Source: the human T2T-CHM13v2.0 reference genome, Homo sapiens. Taken from it: DNA of 64,000 bases. The stretch is taken from assembly GCF_009914755.1 (NCBI RefSeq), contig NC_060942.1. One strand, written 5' to 3'. The notes beneath the pieces are model-generated. The model saw only the letters and a program-made list of their open reading frames with translations, was not told where the DNA came from and ran no database searches. Positions within the stretch are counted from its first letter, which is position 1. The number at the start of each line of letters is the position of its first letter. A program made the translations under genes and the position numbers. Shown one piece after another: positions 14,693 through 28,870 of this stretch.

Positions 14693-16189
14693 GCTTTTCT
14701 CCCAGTGAAAAACATGATTGACAAAACAGTAGGCGAGTTGAAGGTGTGATTGGAATTGGCAACCCCAAATATATACTTATTTGTGGGGAGCTGACCCTAA
14801 GCATAGTTTCTATTTTTATATCCCCCATGAGACTTGGGATAGCCCAGGAGTGTGGAAGACCAAGACTTCTCACCAGAGGTCACAGGACAATAATTGCAGA
14901 ATACAGCTCCAATTTACTACTCAATGTCCTCCTGATTCTACCAGGAATTAACAAAAAAGGTCTCAGAACTCTAAGAAAAAACAGGATATTGTGATTACAT
15001 TCCAAACCACTACAAGTAAACCCTCTAAGCTTAAATGAAACCCATGTGTGCTGAAGGCCAATGACTCTCTTTGTTAGTGGTTGCAGGCTTATGGGGCTCT
15101 GGTTGTTAATGAAAAGAAGAATGGGTCTCTTTTTATGTCTTTGTTTTTTAAAATATTGGCCAGATAATAACAATAATCATTCTTTTTAATTTTTTAATCA
15201 TAAAGGCCATATTTGACTATCATCTTTAGCTTTTCAAAACACAACAAATACTGTCCCATGTGATACTCACAAGGCATTGTGTATCCCTATTTTACAGATA
15301 AGGAAAACTAAACTCCAGGTTCAAGGGGATTATCCAGGATTACACAGTGAGAGCATGATAAAGCCAGGACACATGGCACAGCATTAAGACATATATACTT
15401 TATAAAATGCAAAGTATAGGAGTCCCTTTGTTCATTTTTCTTGAAATGGCTCCAAATATATAATTATTTTCTGTCTTCAGAGTTTTGAAGGCTTATCTAA
15501 TCTCCATAAAGAAAGAGATAGGTAGATCCTAAAGCAGATCACAAAGGAAATGCTTTTGAAGTAATAAGACATTATGAGGATCGAGGACTCTATATGGTAA
15601 TGTGTGTGTGTGTGTAATGTATAATTGATCATTCTATGAAAATGAAAGTCAGATGATCACATTTATTTTTTGTGTGACACTATTGATTTTAGACTGGGAT
15701 TCATTGTTTATATATCCACTTAGGTCACCTGAAATTCAAAGTGACTCCTTACCTATAAAATTTACACTAAGATTCTTACTTTCCCCTTCTACTGAAAACA
15801 TAAATAAGTAAATAAGCATTGTAGACTTTAATAATGATATTGTGACTATGAATCCGGTGATACTTTTTAAAGGCCCATGCTCTGGGAAGCAGCACTAACT
15901 CCATCAGAGGCATTTAACTCTGTCATCCAGATATTCATTCACATGGATCTTCTTCTTATGTTTGTTTATAAAACATCTTCATCTAAGATGAAGAAGATCG
16001 GCCACTCCACTGAAGTTTCAGAAGACTGAGTGGGAGATTTTGAAAGAATTATTTTCCAATTCATGCTGGAAAGATCAAAAAAAGCAGCAGAGGTGAACAG
16101 CTGCTGACTCCTAGAGTATGGAAATGGAAGAGCTGTCTCAGGCATTGTCATGGCAGGAAGAAGAGATGGAAGAAGAGAGGTACAGAGAA

Positions 16190-16335
16190 TATTGGACACC
16201 GCCCCTCAGCCCACCTCTGCTTTAAACAGGGCTGCTCCACATCTATTTGTATTATACATGGGAATTTTGCTGAAAATTTAATTTGTCAAATTCTGGTACA
16301 ACAGACACATCCAAAAATGTTTGAAAAATTTTAGG
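16190..16335 (-). mobile_element. MER103C-like hAT relic
   Basis: ctttaaacagggctgctccacatctatttgtattatac...aaaaatgtttgaaaa; family name recalled from memory. Confidence 0.45.
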
Positions 16336-16454
16336 GCCACTCAGGTAAAATCACTTGGCCCTTATCACCTAGTCACTGAGAAACAAGGATTCTGAGCCAA
16401 ATCATCTATATCCCAGTACAGGTTCTCTTCACTAATCCATCTCCTCTTGACTTC

Positions 16455-16620
16455 CTACCTCTAACTTCATTTAATCCTCACAGCAACCAGGAAAAGTAGA
16501 TATTACTAGCTTTATTTTATAAATGCAAAAGCTGAAGCCTAGAACTTTAGAGGACCTTGGCTAGTGTTGGAATACTTGCACCTCCTGATACAAACTCCAT
16601 GTTTTTTGTGCTACATGCAT
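16455..16620 (-). mobile_element. MIR SINE
   Basis: tcatttaatcctcacagcaacc...attttataaatgcaaaagctgaagcctaga. Confidence 0.7.
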
Positions 16621-18312
16621 CGTGTTTCAGTGCAAAAGATACTGTATTTTTTTTTAATATGTGAGTCATGCTAACTCTCCTTCCTATTTTAATTGAAATT
16701 GCCTTCCTCAGACACCACCTTGTCTCTTCTGAAATGTTCTTTGTCCTTTAGCTTCAAGTCTGTTTCCTCTCTGTTAAACTGATTGTGTTTGTGGTGCCCT
16801 TCCAAGATGACCTCTGCCTGGCACAGAAAGACATCCAACAGGCTATTGGTCACACCTCATCTCTTCCCTTTTATGAAAGGGACACAAGGCTGTCTTTGAG
16901 ACCCCTTTGGAAGTGTTTTCATGCTAATCCAAGAATTACTGTTGTGTTTGTTTTCTGGCCGGTGCAGTGTGAAGCCATTCATGGGGCCGCATGGACCTTG
17001 TCTAGTCATATTCCAGGCCATTCTTGGAACATTTTGGGGAAACGCATCATCGCTCTGCTGGTGGGAGACAAGTCTGTGTCCCTGCCTGAGGCTGGCAGCC
17101 AATGCATCTCTGTCCTTGATTGCGCATGAAAACATCTCCTGCCATCTCTGCCAGGCAGCCCACTACACACACAGGGAGTGGAAGAGAGCAGAATTAAATG
17201 TTCATCCAAAAAAGACCAAAATCAGGAAGAAAACAACAACCTCCTAAATAGTTATCTCTGGAAAATACGGAAAGAAAGTGAGCTGAGCACTTTAGTCAAA
17301 AAAACTTAGGCTTTTTCTAAATATCCTCAGTAGCTACAGATAAGAGAAATAGATCCAGAATAGGAATCAGGAGACATGAATATTAATTCTGATCCTGCTG
17401 CTAACTAGCTATGAGATTTCGGGCACATGCTTTTATTTTGCCTCATATTAGTCCCTAATATTTCAAACACCATGGGACACTGATAAAAATTAAAGGAAAT
17501 ACTTTTTGTTGATACTACTTGGTAAACAACAAAGAACAAATAGTCATTGCTATTGCAGCCGCTTTCTGGACCTCAGTCTCTTCACCTGTAAAATGAAAAT
17601 ACTGGGATAGGTCGATGTCCCCGAAGCCAGCTCAGTATCAGAAACACCTAATGAGCTTCTGAAAAATCTAAATTAAGGACTTCACTAAAACCTTGAGGGT
17701 TAGGACCCACAATTATGTTTTTGTTTTAATTTCCCGAGTTTTTTGTGTATAGCCTGCCCTGAAATGGTTTTTAGGGTCTCCTAAACTATCCACTGAAGTT
17801 TACCAGCCCAATGTTTAGTGGTTCTCAAAGAAGACAAAATCCCTGATATAAGCTGAGGTTGCCTGTAATTTTACCATTAAAAATATGGTCCTGAGTTATT
17901 AAAAGCTCATTTTCAAAAGTTCTCCATTAAAAGAAAACATCCTTAATAGGAGCAACATCCGAATTCACCACAGTTTATTTGCTAGTTCTCAATAACTGCA
18001 CTAACTGATTAAAAGCATGCTTAACACAGTGAAACACAAGAAATGCTTATGTATGTTGAGGGTAGCATTTTCTACAACATTCTCTTTATTTTCAAATATG
18101 AACATTGGCCCCAGATAATTTACAAGTATAGTGACCATATAATACTTAACCAAAACAGGATACTTTTGAAAGTGAGAAGAAAATTATTGATAGTTACTTT
18201 AGATATAAAGCAGGACCCTCCAGGGCACACAGGAATAAGCCTTTACCCTAGTTAAAAGTGACTTGTCTGCATTGCAAAGAAAGTTAATATTGAAAAGAGG
18301 GGGCCGGTGCCT

Positions 18313-18765
<453 letters not shown>

Positions 18766-19393
18766 TTATCAACAAAAGTCATAGCCTGTGTGATTCAAAT
18801 TCACTTCACTTTGGGTCCATGTTCCCCCTTATTTCTCAAAATCAACCTAAGAATATTTATCTTTTTTCTGTACTTCTTTCCTATCACCATATTCTAAATG
18901 GCCAACCTTGGGGCTTGGACCCCACCACACTGGTAATAATCCATTGATTCAGTACATTAACACATCATGGATTTCTTCCATTTAAATGGGCAAAGAAGGC
19001 TGCTATGCAGGTGTAACAGAAGCTCATGTGAATATCAGAGTCTACACGGGGACCCTTAGAAACCCCCTCAACTGAAGAGGAATGTTCCTGAGATTATCTA
19101 ATGACCCTGACAGTCCCGTAGTTAACTGTGGAGAGATGCTGTGCTTTTCCCCTCTGACTTTAATCAGCGGTCCCATAGCTAAACCCAAGCTGCCAATCTG
19201 TCAATAACCATCAGACAGCAGGAAAAATGTCTCATCCCAATATTAGGTTTTCTAATGTTGCTTGCCTGACAAAAGTTATTTTATTTCTGGCTTTACTTTC
19301 GAGAGATGATCCCTGGGCTGGTAATGAGCCTTTTCTTAGAACTTTATTCTCAGTCAGCCATATTAAAAGGTACCAAACACCAGACTTGAGATT

Positions 19394-19415
19394 AAAAAAA
19401 AAAAAAAAAAAAAAA
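19394..19415. repeat. Poly-A run (A22)
   Basis: Directly visible. Confidence 0.9.
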
Positions 19416-20524
19416 CCTGGTTTCCAGTCCCCTTTCATGCTTGAAAGGAAATTTGTAAATTGTCAACTTGACTTAATTTTTCCTTTGGACTCACACCTAT
19501 TTGCTGTAATAAGAATTTTCCCCCTGGGTTTCACTCATCTGCAGCATGTGGCAGGAAAAAGGGATTAGGATTGTATTTGTCGTCTTTTTGGAGCGGATTT
19601 TCTTTGAGCAAGTCTGCTATCAATTCTGTCTGCCAAAATAGCATTTTAATGTGTTACCTGCCAGTCAAGTATGTTCTGTTAAGTTGACTTCTGCCTCTGC
19701 TGTGTTTTCTGATGCTGTTTACCATTAATTTTTCCTCCCATTTTTGCTGTGCTTATTATTTTTAATACAAATGTGGATTGTGCTATTTTGATCATGTGTC
19801 TAGCTCTGCAAAACATTAGTTTAAATGAAAAAGAGAAGGGTATGGGGAGGGTAGCAAACAGGGCTTTCTCTTGCTGGAAAGACTATTTTAATGAGTTTTA
19901 TTCTGTAGTTGGGGAGATGCTCTTAACCTCCTTGGCCCAGTAAGATGTGATTTCTTGACACTGAGCGTATTGCAAATGCATTTTTATCAGAGCTGCGTAA
20001 GGTGGACACAGAGGGGATTTCTCCAGTATTTAACAAAGCCATCTATTTGCAACACAAAGTAATGCTTTGTTTACCCTTCCTCTTTGTCCTGGCTATGGTA
20101 TTATTCCAGAGGCATTGCTTCTCCCTTGCAAACTGTCAATGGCCAAGGATACTTTTCAGCGTGTTTTGGATCATAATTGGCAAAAATGTCTGCTCAGTAG
20201 TGGAGAAGAGGTAAAGGTCAGACATGACCCTATGGGGGCCATTCTCCAGTTTGTATGACACAGACACTAAAGTGCCTTGCCCATTCTCCAAAGTTCACAA
20301 ACCCTTCTCCGTATTCCAGGGACACACAGCCTTTCCTCCCTGCCAGATAATTAGCAGCAGTGGCAAGCCTAGCTGACTTGTCATTGGGCACTCAATGGTG
20401 CTCCTTTCCTCCAAGCTCATTTCCTTGGAAGGTGAGAGCCATTATCGTAAAGAGGGATATTGTAAAATTCTGTTCCTTCTGCTAAACCATGGCTCTGAAC
20501 AGAGAAATTTGTGTTTTCTGCCAG

Positions 20525-20645
20525 GGAGAAGAATAACATTTATTTAATGGATGCTGAGCAAAAGGTATTCACAATTCATGCTTCAGGGCTTAAGCCTATC
20601 CGAGATCAGAAGGGAACTTTTCCAGTCTCCAAATTGTACAACTGG
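20525..20645 (+). other. Candidate 121-nt internal exon, probably non-coding
   Basis: Acceptor tttgtgttttctgccag|G and donor TGG|gtaagt, in repeat-free sequence; no transcript evidence available. Confidence 0.4.
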
Positions 20646-20944
20646 GTAAGTGCTTAGTGCTAACAACCACTCTGTCCCCATCAGGCATGGTCTGAGGTCA
20701 ACACCTCAAGAGTGCCCCCCGCATCCCCTCAGCTCTTGAATTTGTCCACAAACCGTGTTTTATACCCCTTTTCCCACCAGCTTCTCCTACCAACTTAAAC
20801 CTAGCAGTACTTCTTATAGATGTGGCTCCGCTGAATTCCAGTTATGCATCACCAGTATCCCAGTCCCTTCAAGGGAATTCTCTACAGTTTCAGAGTTGTA
20901 ATACTTAAGTGTTTCCTCTCTCAGCAATGGGAACAGCAGAATGG

Positions 20945-21160
20945 AAGAAGCTTGGAATAGTAGAAAGAACACAGCTTTCAAACTAGAAAGATTGATCCGA
21001 GTTCAACTCATTCTTGAACCCTAAATAGATGGTTAATCATGAATTGCCTAATCATTGATATTCAATTTCCTCATCTGTAAAGGATAATAATAATAAAGCT
21101 TACCTTGCAGCACTGTTGTGAAGGCCAAGTGAAGTCACATGTCAAGTGTGTGGTCCATAA
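20945..21160 (+). mobile_element. MIR SINE
   Basis: atagtagaaagaacacagcttt...tcaatttcctcatctgtaaa...taccttgcagcactgttgtgaagg. Confidence 0.75.
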
Positions 21161-21218
21161 AGAAGAGAAACTGGATCACGCCTTCCTTTTCTTGGGCAGA
21201 AATTGTGTCTGGTTGTAA

Positions 21219-22767
21219 TGAGAGGTGACAGCGTGCCGGCAGTCCTCACAGCCCTCGCTTGCTCTGGGTGCCTCCTCTGCCTGGGCTCCCACTTTGGTGG
21301 CACTTGAGGAGCCCTTCAGCCCACCGCTGCACTATGGGAGCCCCTTTCTGGGCTGGCCAAGGCCACAGCCGGCTCCCTCAGCTTGCAGGGAGGCGTGGAG
21401 GGAGAGGCGCGAGCGGGAACCGGTGCTGCGTGCAGCGCTTGCAGGCCAGCTGGAGTTCCAGGTGGGCATGGGCTTGGCGGGCCCCGCACTCGGAGCAGCC
21501 GGCCGGCCCTGCCGGCCCCGGGCAGTGAGGAACTTGGCACCCGGGCCAGCGGCTGCAGAGGATGTACTGGGTTCTCCAGCAGTGCCGGCTCACCGGCGCT
21601 GTGCTCGATTTCTCGCCGGGCCTTAGCTGCCTTCCCGCAGGGCAGGGCTCGGGACCTGCAGCCCGCCATGCCTGAGCCTTCCACCCACTCCATGGGCTCC
21701 TGTGCGGCCGGAGCCTCCCCGACTAGCACCACCCCCTGCTCCATGGCGCCCAGTCCCATCGACCACCCAAGGGCTGAGGAGTATGAGTGCACGGCGCGGG
21801 ACTGGCAGGCAGCTCCACCTGCAGCCCCGGTGCGGGATCCACTAAGTGAAGCCAGCTGGGCTCCTGAGTCTGGCGGGGACGTGGAGAGTCTTTATGTCTA
21901 GCTCAGGGATTGTAAATACACCAATCAGCACCCTGTGTTTAGCTCAAGGTTTGTGAGTGCACCAATGGACACTCTGTATCTAGCTGCTCTGGTGGGGCCT
22001 TGGAGAACCTTTATGTCTAGCTCAGGGATTGTAAATACACCAATTGGCACTCTGTATCTAGCTCAAGGTTTGTAAACACACCAATCAGCACCCTGTGTTT
22101 AGCTCAAGGTTTGTGAGTGCACCATTCGACACTCTGTATCTAGCTGCTCTGGTGGGGCCTTGGAGAACCTTTGTGTCCATACTCTGTATCTAACTAATCT
22201 GATGGGGACGTGGAGAACCTTTGTGTCTAGCTCAGGGATTGTAAATGCACCAATCAGCACCCTCTCAAAACAGGCCACTCGGCTCTACCAATCAGCAGGA
22301 TGTGGGTGGGGCCAGATAAGAGAATAAAAGCAGGCTGCCGGAGCCAGCATTGGCAACCCGCTCGGGTACCCTTCCACACTGTGGAAGCTTTGTTCTTTCA
22401 CTCTTTGCAATACATCTTGCTACTGCTCACTCTTTGGGTCCACACTGCTTTTATGAGCTATAACACTCACCGAGAAGATCTGCAGCTTCTCTCCTGAAGC
22501 CAGCGAGACCATGAGCCCACCAGGAGGAACGAACAACTCCAGACGTGCTGCCTTAAGAGCTGTAACACTCACAGCGAAGGTCTGCAGCCTCACTCCTGAG
22601 CCAGCGAGACCACAAACCTACCAGAAGGAAGAAACTCCGAACACATCTGAACATCAAAAGGGACAGACTCCAGACGCGCCACCTTAAGGGCTGTAACACT
22701 CACCGCGAGGGTCCGCGGCTTCATTCTTGAAGTCAGTGAGACCAAGAACCCACCAATTCCGGACACA
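21219..22767 (+). mobile_element. LTR12C (HERV9/ERV9) solo LTR, full length
   Basis: Starts tgagaggtgacagcgtg and ends ccaattccggacaca; 4-bp TSD gtaa on both sides; CpG-rich 5' part; tandem CCAAT units; U5 repeats ctgtaacactcac. Confidence 0.97.
21890..22360 (+). promoter_or_regulatory. LTR12C U3 enhancer repeats and promoter
   Basis: About 40-bp tandem units; CCAAT at ~21921, 21962, 22040, 22081, 22250, 22289; TATCT (GATA) motifs; TATA-like aataaaag at 22323. Confidence 0.8.
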
Positions 22768-23110
22768 GTAACACTATCTAAGTACCTTCTGGCAAGTCAT
22801 TCAAATTTTCTGTGAGTTCATCTACAAAATGAGCGAAAGAAAAACCTCCATCCTGCCTTCTTTTAAAACAGAAATTTTACAATCCAAAAAACGTGAAAGT
22901 ATTGCCAAAAAATATGGTGTTATTATTTATGCTGATGCTTACTCTTATTATCTTTAAATTCTAGACATATTATATTAAAATATTATCCACAATTAAGTAG
23001 GCCTATCTAAAAATATGTCTGTACCTTTCAATCACAGGTAGATATTAGTCATAATGCTCTGATGGTGGAAAAGCTGACACAGTGTTGTGTCTTAAAAATA
23101 AATCTGCTCT

Positions 23111-23527
<417 letters not shown>

Positions 23528-26344
23528 TTATAATTAGGCCAAAGCCCTGTGTGTAAACACGTGAAGCATGTAACAGATGCTCACTAAATGTTGCAAATCT
23601 CTGCACATTTTCTTGATTTGAGATTTCAAGTATCTATGGTGTGCCTGTTAGCCTTGACCTTTCCTGTCACCCTCAGCTGATGGCCTCTTGACCCTTTTCC
23701 ACTCTCCCCTCCCGTATACTCCACCCCTCCCCAGTTCCAGCTTATCTGGACTCTAGAAAGGTAATAACCAAGCATTTCCAGTTGCACACTCAACCCTTCT
23801 GCTAGACTTCCTTGGGCATAAGTTTCCAGTCTCCTAGTTAAGGTTCTGCTCCATATCTTTGATTCTACTAAGGGGATTTTGCCTATGAACAAGGCACTGC
23901 CTTTGTTCAGGAGTCAGTGTTTATCTGCTGCTTCCATTTCCTGCATCTCTCACTAGACACTTTTACTGCTACAATGGACTATTTAAAGAGACAAAGTGCT
24001 TGGCATGGAAATGGAAGGAAGGCTTCTAGGCCTCTACTCTCCTGTGTCAAAGTCAGTTAGTGGGGTTTCAAATCCAGGTTTCTTGTGCTTTCTGTGTTAG
24101 AAAGGTTTAAGAGGAACCACCTTTTCTGTCTTTTATTTGTGGCCCTCGGCAGCTTTGCCACTGGGTCAAAGTCTTTGTGCCTAGTTCCTTTTTCTCCTCA
24201 CATAAATTTCCTTCCAAGAGCCCATTTAGCTTTCATGCAAATGTCTTCTGACATGTCCTCAAATCCAGCTGTTGGGTAGGCATGGGCATGTAGGAATCTC
24301 ATCTTAAACTGGGATCTTGCCACCATCAGAATTAAAGAGAAGTAACTGGACTAGTGGTGACACTAAAGTTTAAGGTTAAATAGGGATTTTCCTCACCAGT
24401 AAGATTATCCAAATTATCACTCTCTGTCGGTCTTATTACCTGATCTGGTCAACTTTGTGTTTGGAAGCAGTCTCTGACAAAGAGGAAATTGTACCCAAAC
24501 AACTTTTTTTAATACTTCACACTTGATCTGCCAGACATGGGAGTAGTTTGAAACTGGTTATATTTCCAGTTTGGACCCAATAAAAAGCTGGTTCACTGAT
24601 AATTTCTAAGGCAAGGGAAGATGGTGTATTAGAAGAGACTGGGATACGGAAGGAGGGAGAGGTTGAAGTTGAAGAGCTGCAATAAAATACTGCAGAATGT
24701 TTGTGTCACTGGAAGCCTCATCCTGAGTTCCTTCTCCCTGAATCCCCTGGAAGAACTGACAACTGCCTGGCCTTTACAAAATGAAATTGACATTTACAGG
24801 CTTAGGTTCAACAGAAACTGAAAGGGAGGTCTGGGAGGTGCTATAAGCAGGGCCTGGGCCCAGTTCCCTGGATCCAGGGCAGCAGGCCCATAACTTTGCT
24901 GTGAGTGATGGGTCAATATCCAATAACTCGAAATCAAAAGCTGAAGTCTTCTTGAGTCAGCAGAGCTGAAGCCTCCTTCAGGGGATAAGAATACAGCACC
25001 AGCCCTTCTGACAGAGCTGGAGTTGCCAGTAGCCTTTAATCTAAGGAAACCACAGGCAAAGCAAACTTGGCATATAACTTTTCCTACATTAATTAGCACC
25101 CTTCAGTTTAAAGGGGGAAAAATAATAACACTCTTGGGAGAGCTGTTAGAGCTCAAACCCAACTCATTCGGATTCTGCACACAAAGACTCTGGGGAGGGG
25201 GACGATGGGGTGGAGAACAGAACACAGTCTTGGAGAGGGAAAAGAGATTATTTTCAGGTCAACTGAACAGTAGCTTTCAGAAGCAGGCCATTGTTTGAAT
25301 TGTGTTTCATGATATTGATTATGAACCGTCCTCCGCCATTCTTTGCCTTTTTGGTCAGGCTCTGCCTGTCCTACTGGAAATGGGAGGCAGTGTGTCCTGG
25401 AGCTGTGCTGTGTTTTTTTCTTAAATGTGACGAGCCCGTTGGGAGGACAAAGTCTTATATGGTCTGAAAATATATTTTTAATAGGTCATTGTCTAGTTAA
25501 GGGGAATTAGCTAAATATGTGTATCTCTGCAGACTAGAAATCAAAAGCAAATCAGAGTGAACAAAATGATAGAACAATATGAATTGTGTACTAGTTATAT
25601 GAATGTTAAAGACTTATAAAACAAATGATTTTCAAAACTAGCTGAGAATACACACACATCAAACTCACAAATGTGATTCCCTCTGTCAAGGAAGACAAAG
25701 GACTAGAATTGAAACTGGAATCAAAGATGAAAGTAAGCTTTTTCTTATTATTCTAATTTTCGTTTTTAAAAAGAAGAATCAAAATTCACAAATCACTTAT
25801 ATAATGATTTTTTTAAAAAAAGATAGAAATCAATGTATCCTTCTGTTTTGCTTTTTTTCTTTCCAAAATTACAAAGAGGAGTTGGCATGAGGTACTTATT
25901 GTTTCAATCCACTTCACATCTGTATATGACATTCAAGAACTGTTCTTCGATAAAACATACAGGCTCTTGATTCTGAGATTGTATCTAAATGCATCCTGTT
26001 TCAATGTGGAGACAGGTTTGAACCTGCCTTCCCTAATTCTGCTAATGAGGCAGCAGGAATCTGGCTCTATTTAGGGAGCAGTGGCTTCTTCTTCAAGTCC
26101 ACCCTCAGCCAAGAAGCCCATTGGCCTGTGTCCATCCACCAGGGCTCAACTTCCTTTTATTTTTGTGTTTTACGTTTACCTTTATTCACAAGCAGCATAT
26201 TTCAAAACAATAATTTTAAAATATTTTTGAATGCTGCAGACATTCAAAAATGAAAACAATTTAAAATTATATATTATTCTCCAGTTACAAAGTATGTTTA
26301 CATCCATTATTTTATTTTATTTCATTATCATCATACATTCTAAA

Positions 26345-26480
26345 ATGTACTAAGGTCAGCATTATTTTACCCATTTTGCAAACAAAAAAAAAAATGAGGC
26401 CCCAAAACCATCAGTAACTTCTTCTAAATCATATCCATAGTAGTAAGGACTAGAGTTCAAACCTTCCCATTCTAAACTGT
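26345..26480 (-). mobile_element. MIR fragment
   Basis: cattattttacccattttgca...tgaggccca...agtaactt. Confidence 0.55.
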
Positions 26481-27249
26481 CAATCCATCTATCCATTCAT
26501 TCATTTAACAAACATTTATTAAGCTCCCTCTCCATAGGCTCTTTTCTATAATTCTTTTCAGTGTATCTGGTAATTGTGTTTCCATAAGTCTTTATTCTGT
26601 CAATATGAGCTACAGTTATAGGCTATGTGATTCATTGCTGTTTCATTTCCTGTGCCTCATCCTTCAACCCACCTGCTCAATTATAAAGTCCTTGAGTAAT
26701 TCTATAGTTTAAGACATAAACTTTTTTTCACATCCCACAAGGCTTAACATAGTTCTGGATAAATGCAGAAAACCACTGTTTCTTGCTTAACCAATTTATG
26801 GATTATTCTACAGATATAAAAGCCTAGATGTTAAAAGAATAACCCAAAGAGCTCCAATTATGATAAGGAGATAGAACCAAACACCCTAATATCCCATCTG
26901 CTCCAGAGATATGGAGCAGCTACTAGAACCCAAAAGCTGATGGAAGCTTCAGAAAACATCCTCGGTCTCTATATTACCCTAGGAACTATTCTAAGTTTCT
27001 CAGTTTCAGTCCTATGTAGAGCTTGTTATATAACATTGAAAACACAATCAGACAAGACCTTTGGATTAGGGAAAAAAGTTAAAGAACACATCGTTGTCAT
27101 TTATTAACTGGTGTTTAGTGAGCCCTTATTACATGCACAATGTATTAGACGATCCCGTGAATAAACAAAGTGCATGGACACTTTTCTTCTTCTCAATGTA
27201 AATTGCACTTTACAGTTTATATGTTATCTCATTTCAAACTTTATAGTCC

Positions 27250-27492
27250 AGCATGGCAGTGATATGCTTGAGTTCTGAATCAGACATTCTAAATTTAAAT
27301 CCTGGCTCTACCACATTCCAGCTGTGTGACCTCCGGCGATTTGCTTAATCTCACCAAGGCTCAATTTCTTAATTTGAACAACAATGATAATAGGGTTCTA
27401 GGGAAGATTAAATGTGATAATTCATGTAAAGCACTTAACACAGTATCTGGCACAGAGAAAACCCTCAATAAATGTTAGCTATTTCTATTATC
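27250..27492 (+). mobile_element. MIR SINE, near full length
   Basis: aatcctggctctaccac...gctgtgtgacct...gtaaagcacttaacacagtatctggcacag...ctcaataaatgttagct. Confidence 0.9.
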
Positions 27493-28047
27493 ATCTTTAC
27501 AACTACCCTTCGAGGTAAATAGGCCCACATTATTTGTATATGAAAGAGAAAATCTGGGCTGAGAGAAATTATGTTAGTTGCAAAGGGTAACAGTGCTAGT
27601 AAAGGCCATCAACTCCAGGCATTCTTACTTGCCTGGTGCCAGCCCCATATCACACAGTCCCCTAACAGCATAAGTGAGGAAAAAACACACAAATGTTGGG
27701 AAATGTACAAATATTGAAGATGATTGAAGGAAATATGACTGTCCCTTGCTAGCTGAGCACTCCTCTGCTGTAATTAACATCTGATCTGCTACTTTACCAA
27801 CAGATGAACACCCACTTGGCATTAGGAAGCTGTCTATTTAAGCTTATTTTTTTCATCTATGCCAGTTATCTGTATTTTAATTTCACACAAAGTTTGATTG
27901 TTGGTTTTTTGACATCACCCTGTGCCTTCAGATTGAAGTAAATAATACAAACACATATTCAAAGAATAAATGTTGATTCATTGATGTGCCCAGAAGAATT
28001 GTGAAGGAGGCACAACTTATCTCCAGACCCACCACATCCTCCAGACT

Positions 28048-28392
28048 TAGTCATCAAACTTTACTGAGCATCAGAATCACAAATTCTTGGGCCCATCTCA
28101 TAGGTTCTGATTCAGTAGGTTTAAGGTGGATCCTGAGAATTTGCATTTCTAACAGGTTTCCAGATGACCCTGCTGGTCTGGAGACCATGCTTTGAGTACT
28201 ATCATAGGTCAGTGTCTCCCAAAACAGTCCCCAGAGAATCTATATTCAATCATTTTGGGTGATTATCAAAATTCAGCTTTTGATGTCCCACTCCAGACTT
28301 GTTGAAAGTGATTCTTTGGATGGGTCCTAGGAATCTGTATTGTCACAACTATCCCAGGTGAATTTTAAGCCCATAAAAGTTTGAGAATCGTA
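28048..28392. mobile_element. Two adjacent MER5-family relics
   Basis: ttctgattcagtaggtttaaggtgg...gaatttgcatttctaacagg; second copy cagtgtctcccaaa...gaatctgtatt...aaagtttgagaa. Confidence 0.75.

Positions 28393-28870
<478 letters not shown>

Noticed and set aside
21225-21901. Overlapping ORFs of 133, 158 and 172 aa
   Set aside because: They lie in the GC-rich U3 of LTR12C, where stop codons are rare; open frames on both strands are a compositional artefact.
21890-22300. Regularly spaced ~40-bp repeats that superficially resemble a CRISPR array
   Set aside because: These are the known LTR12 U3 tandem enhancer units; there are no unique spacers and the context is eukaryotic.
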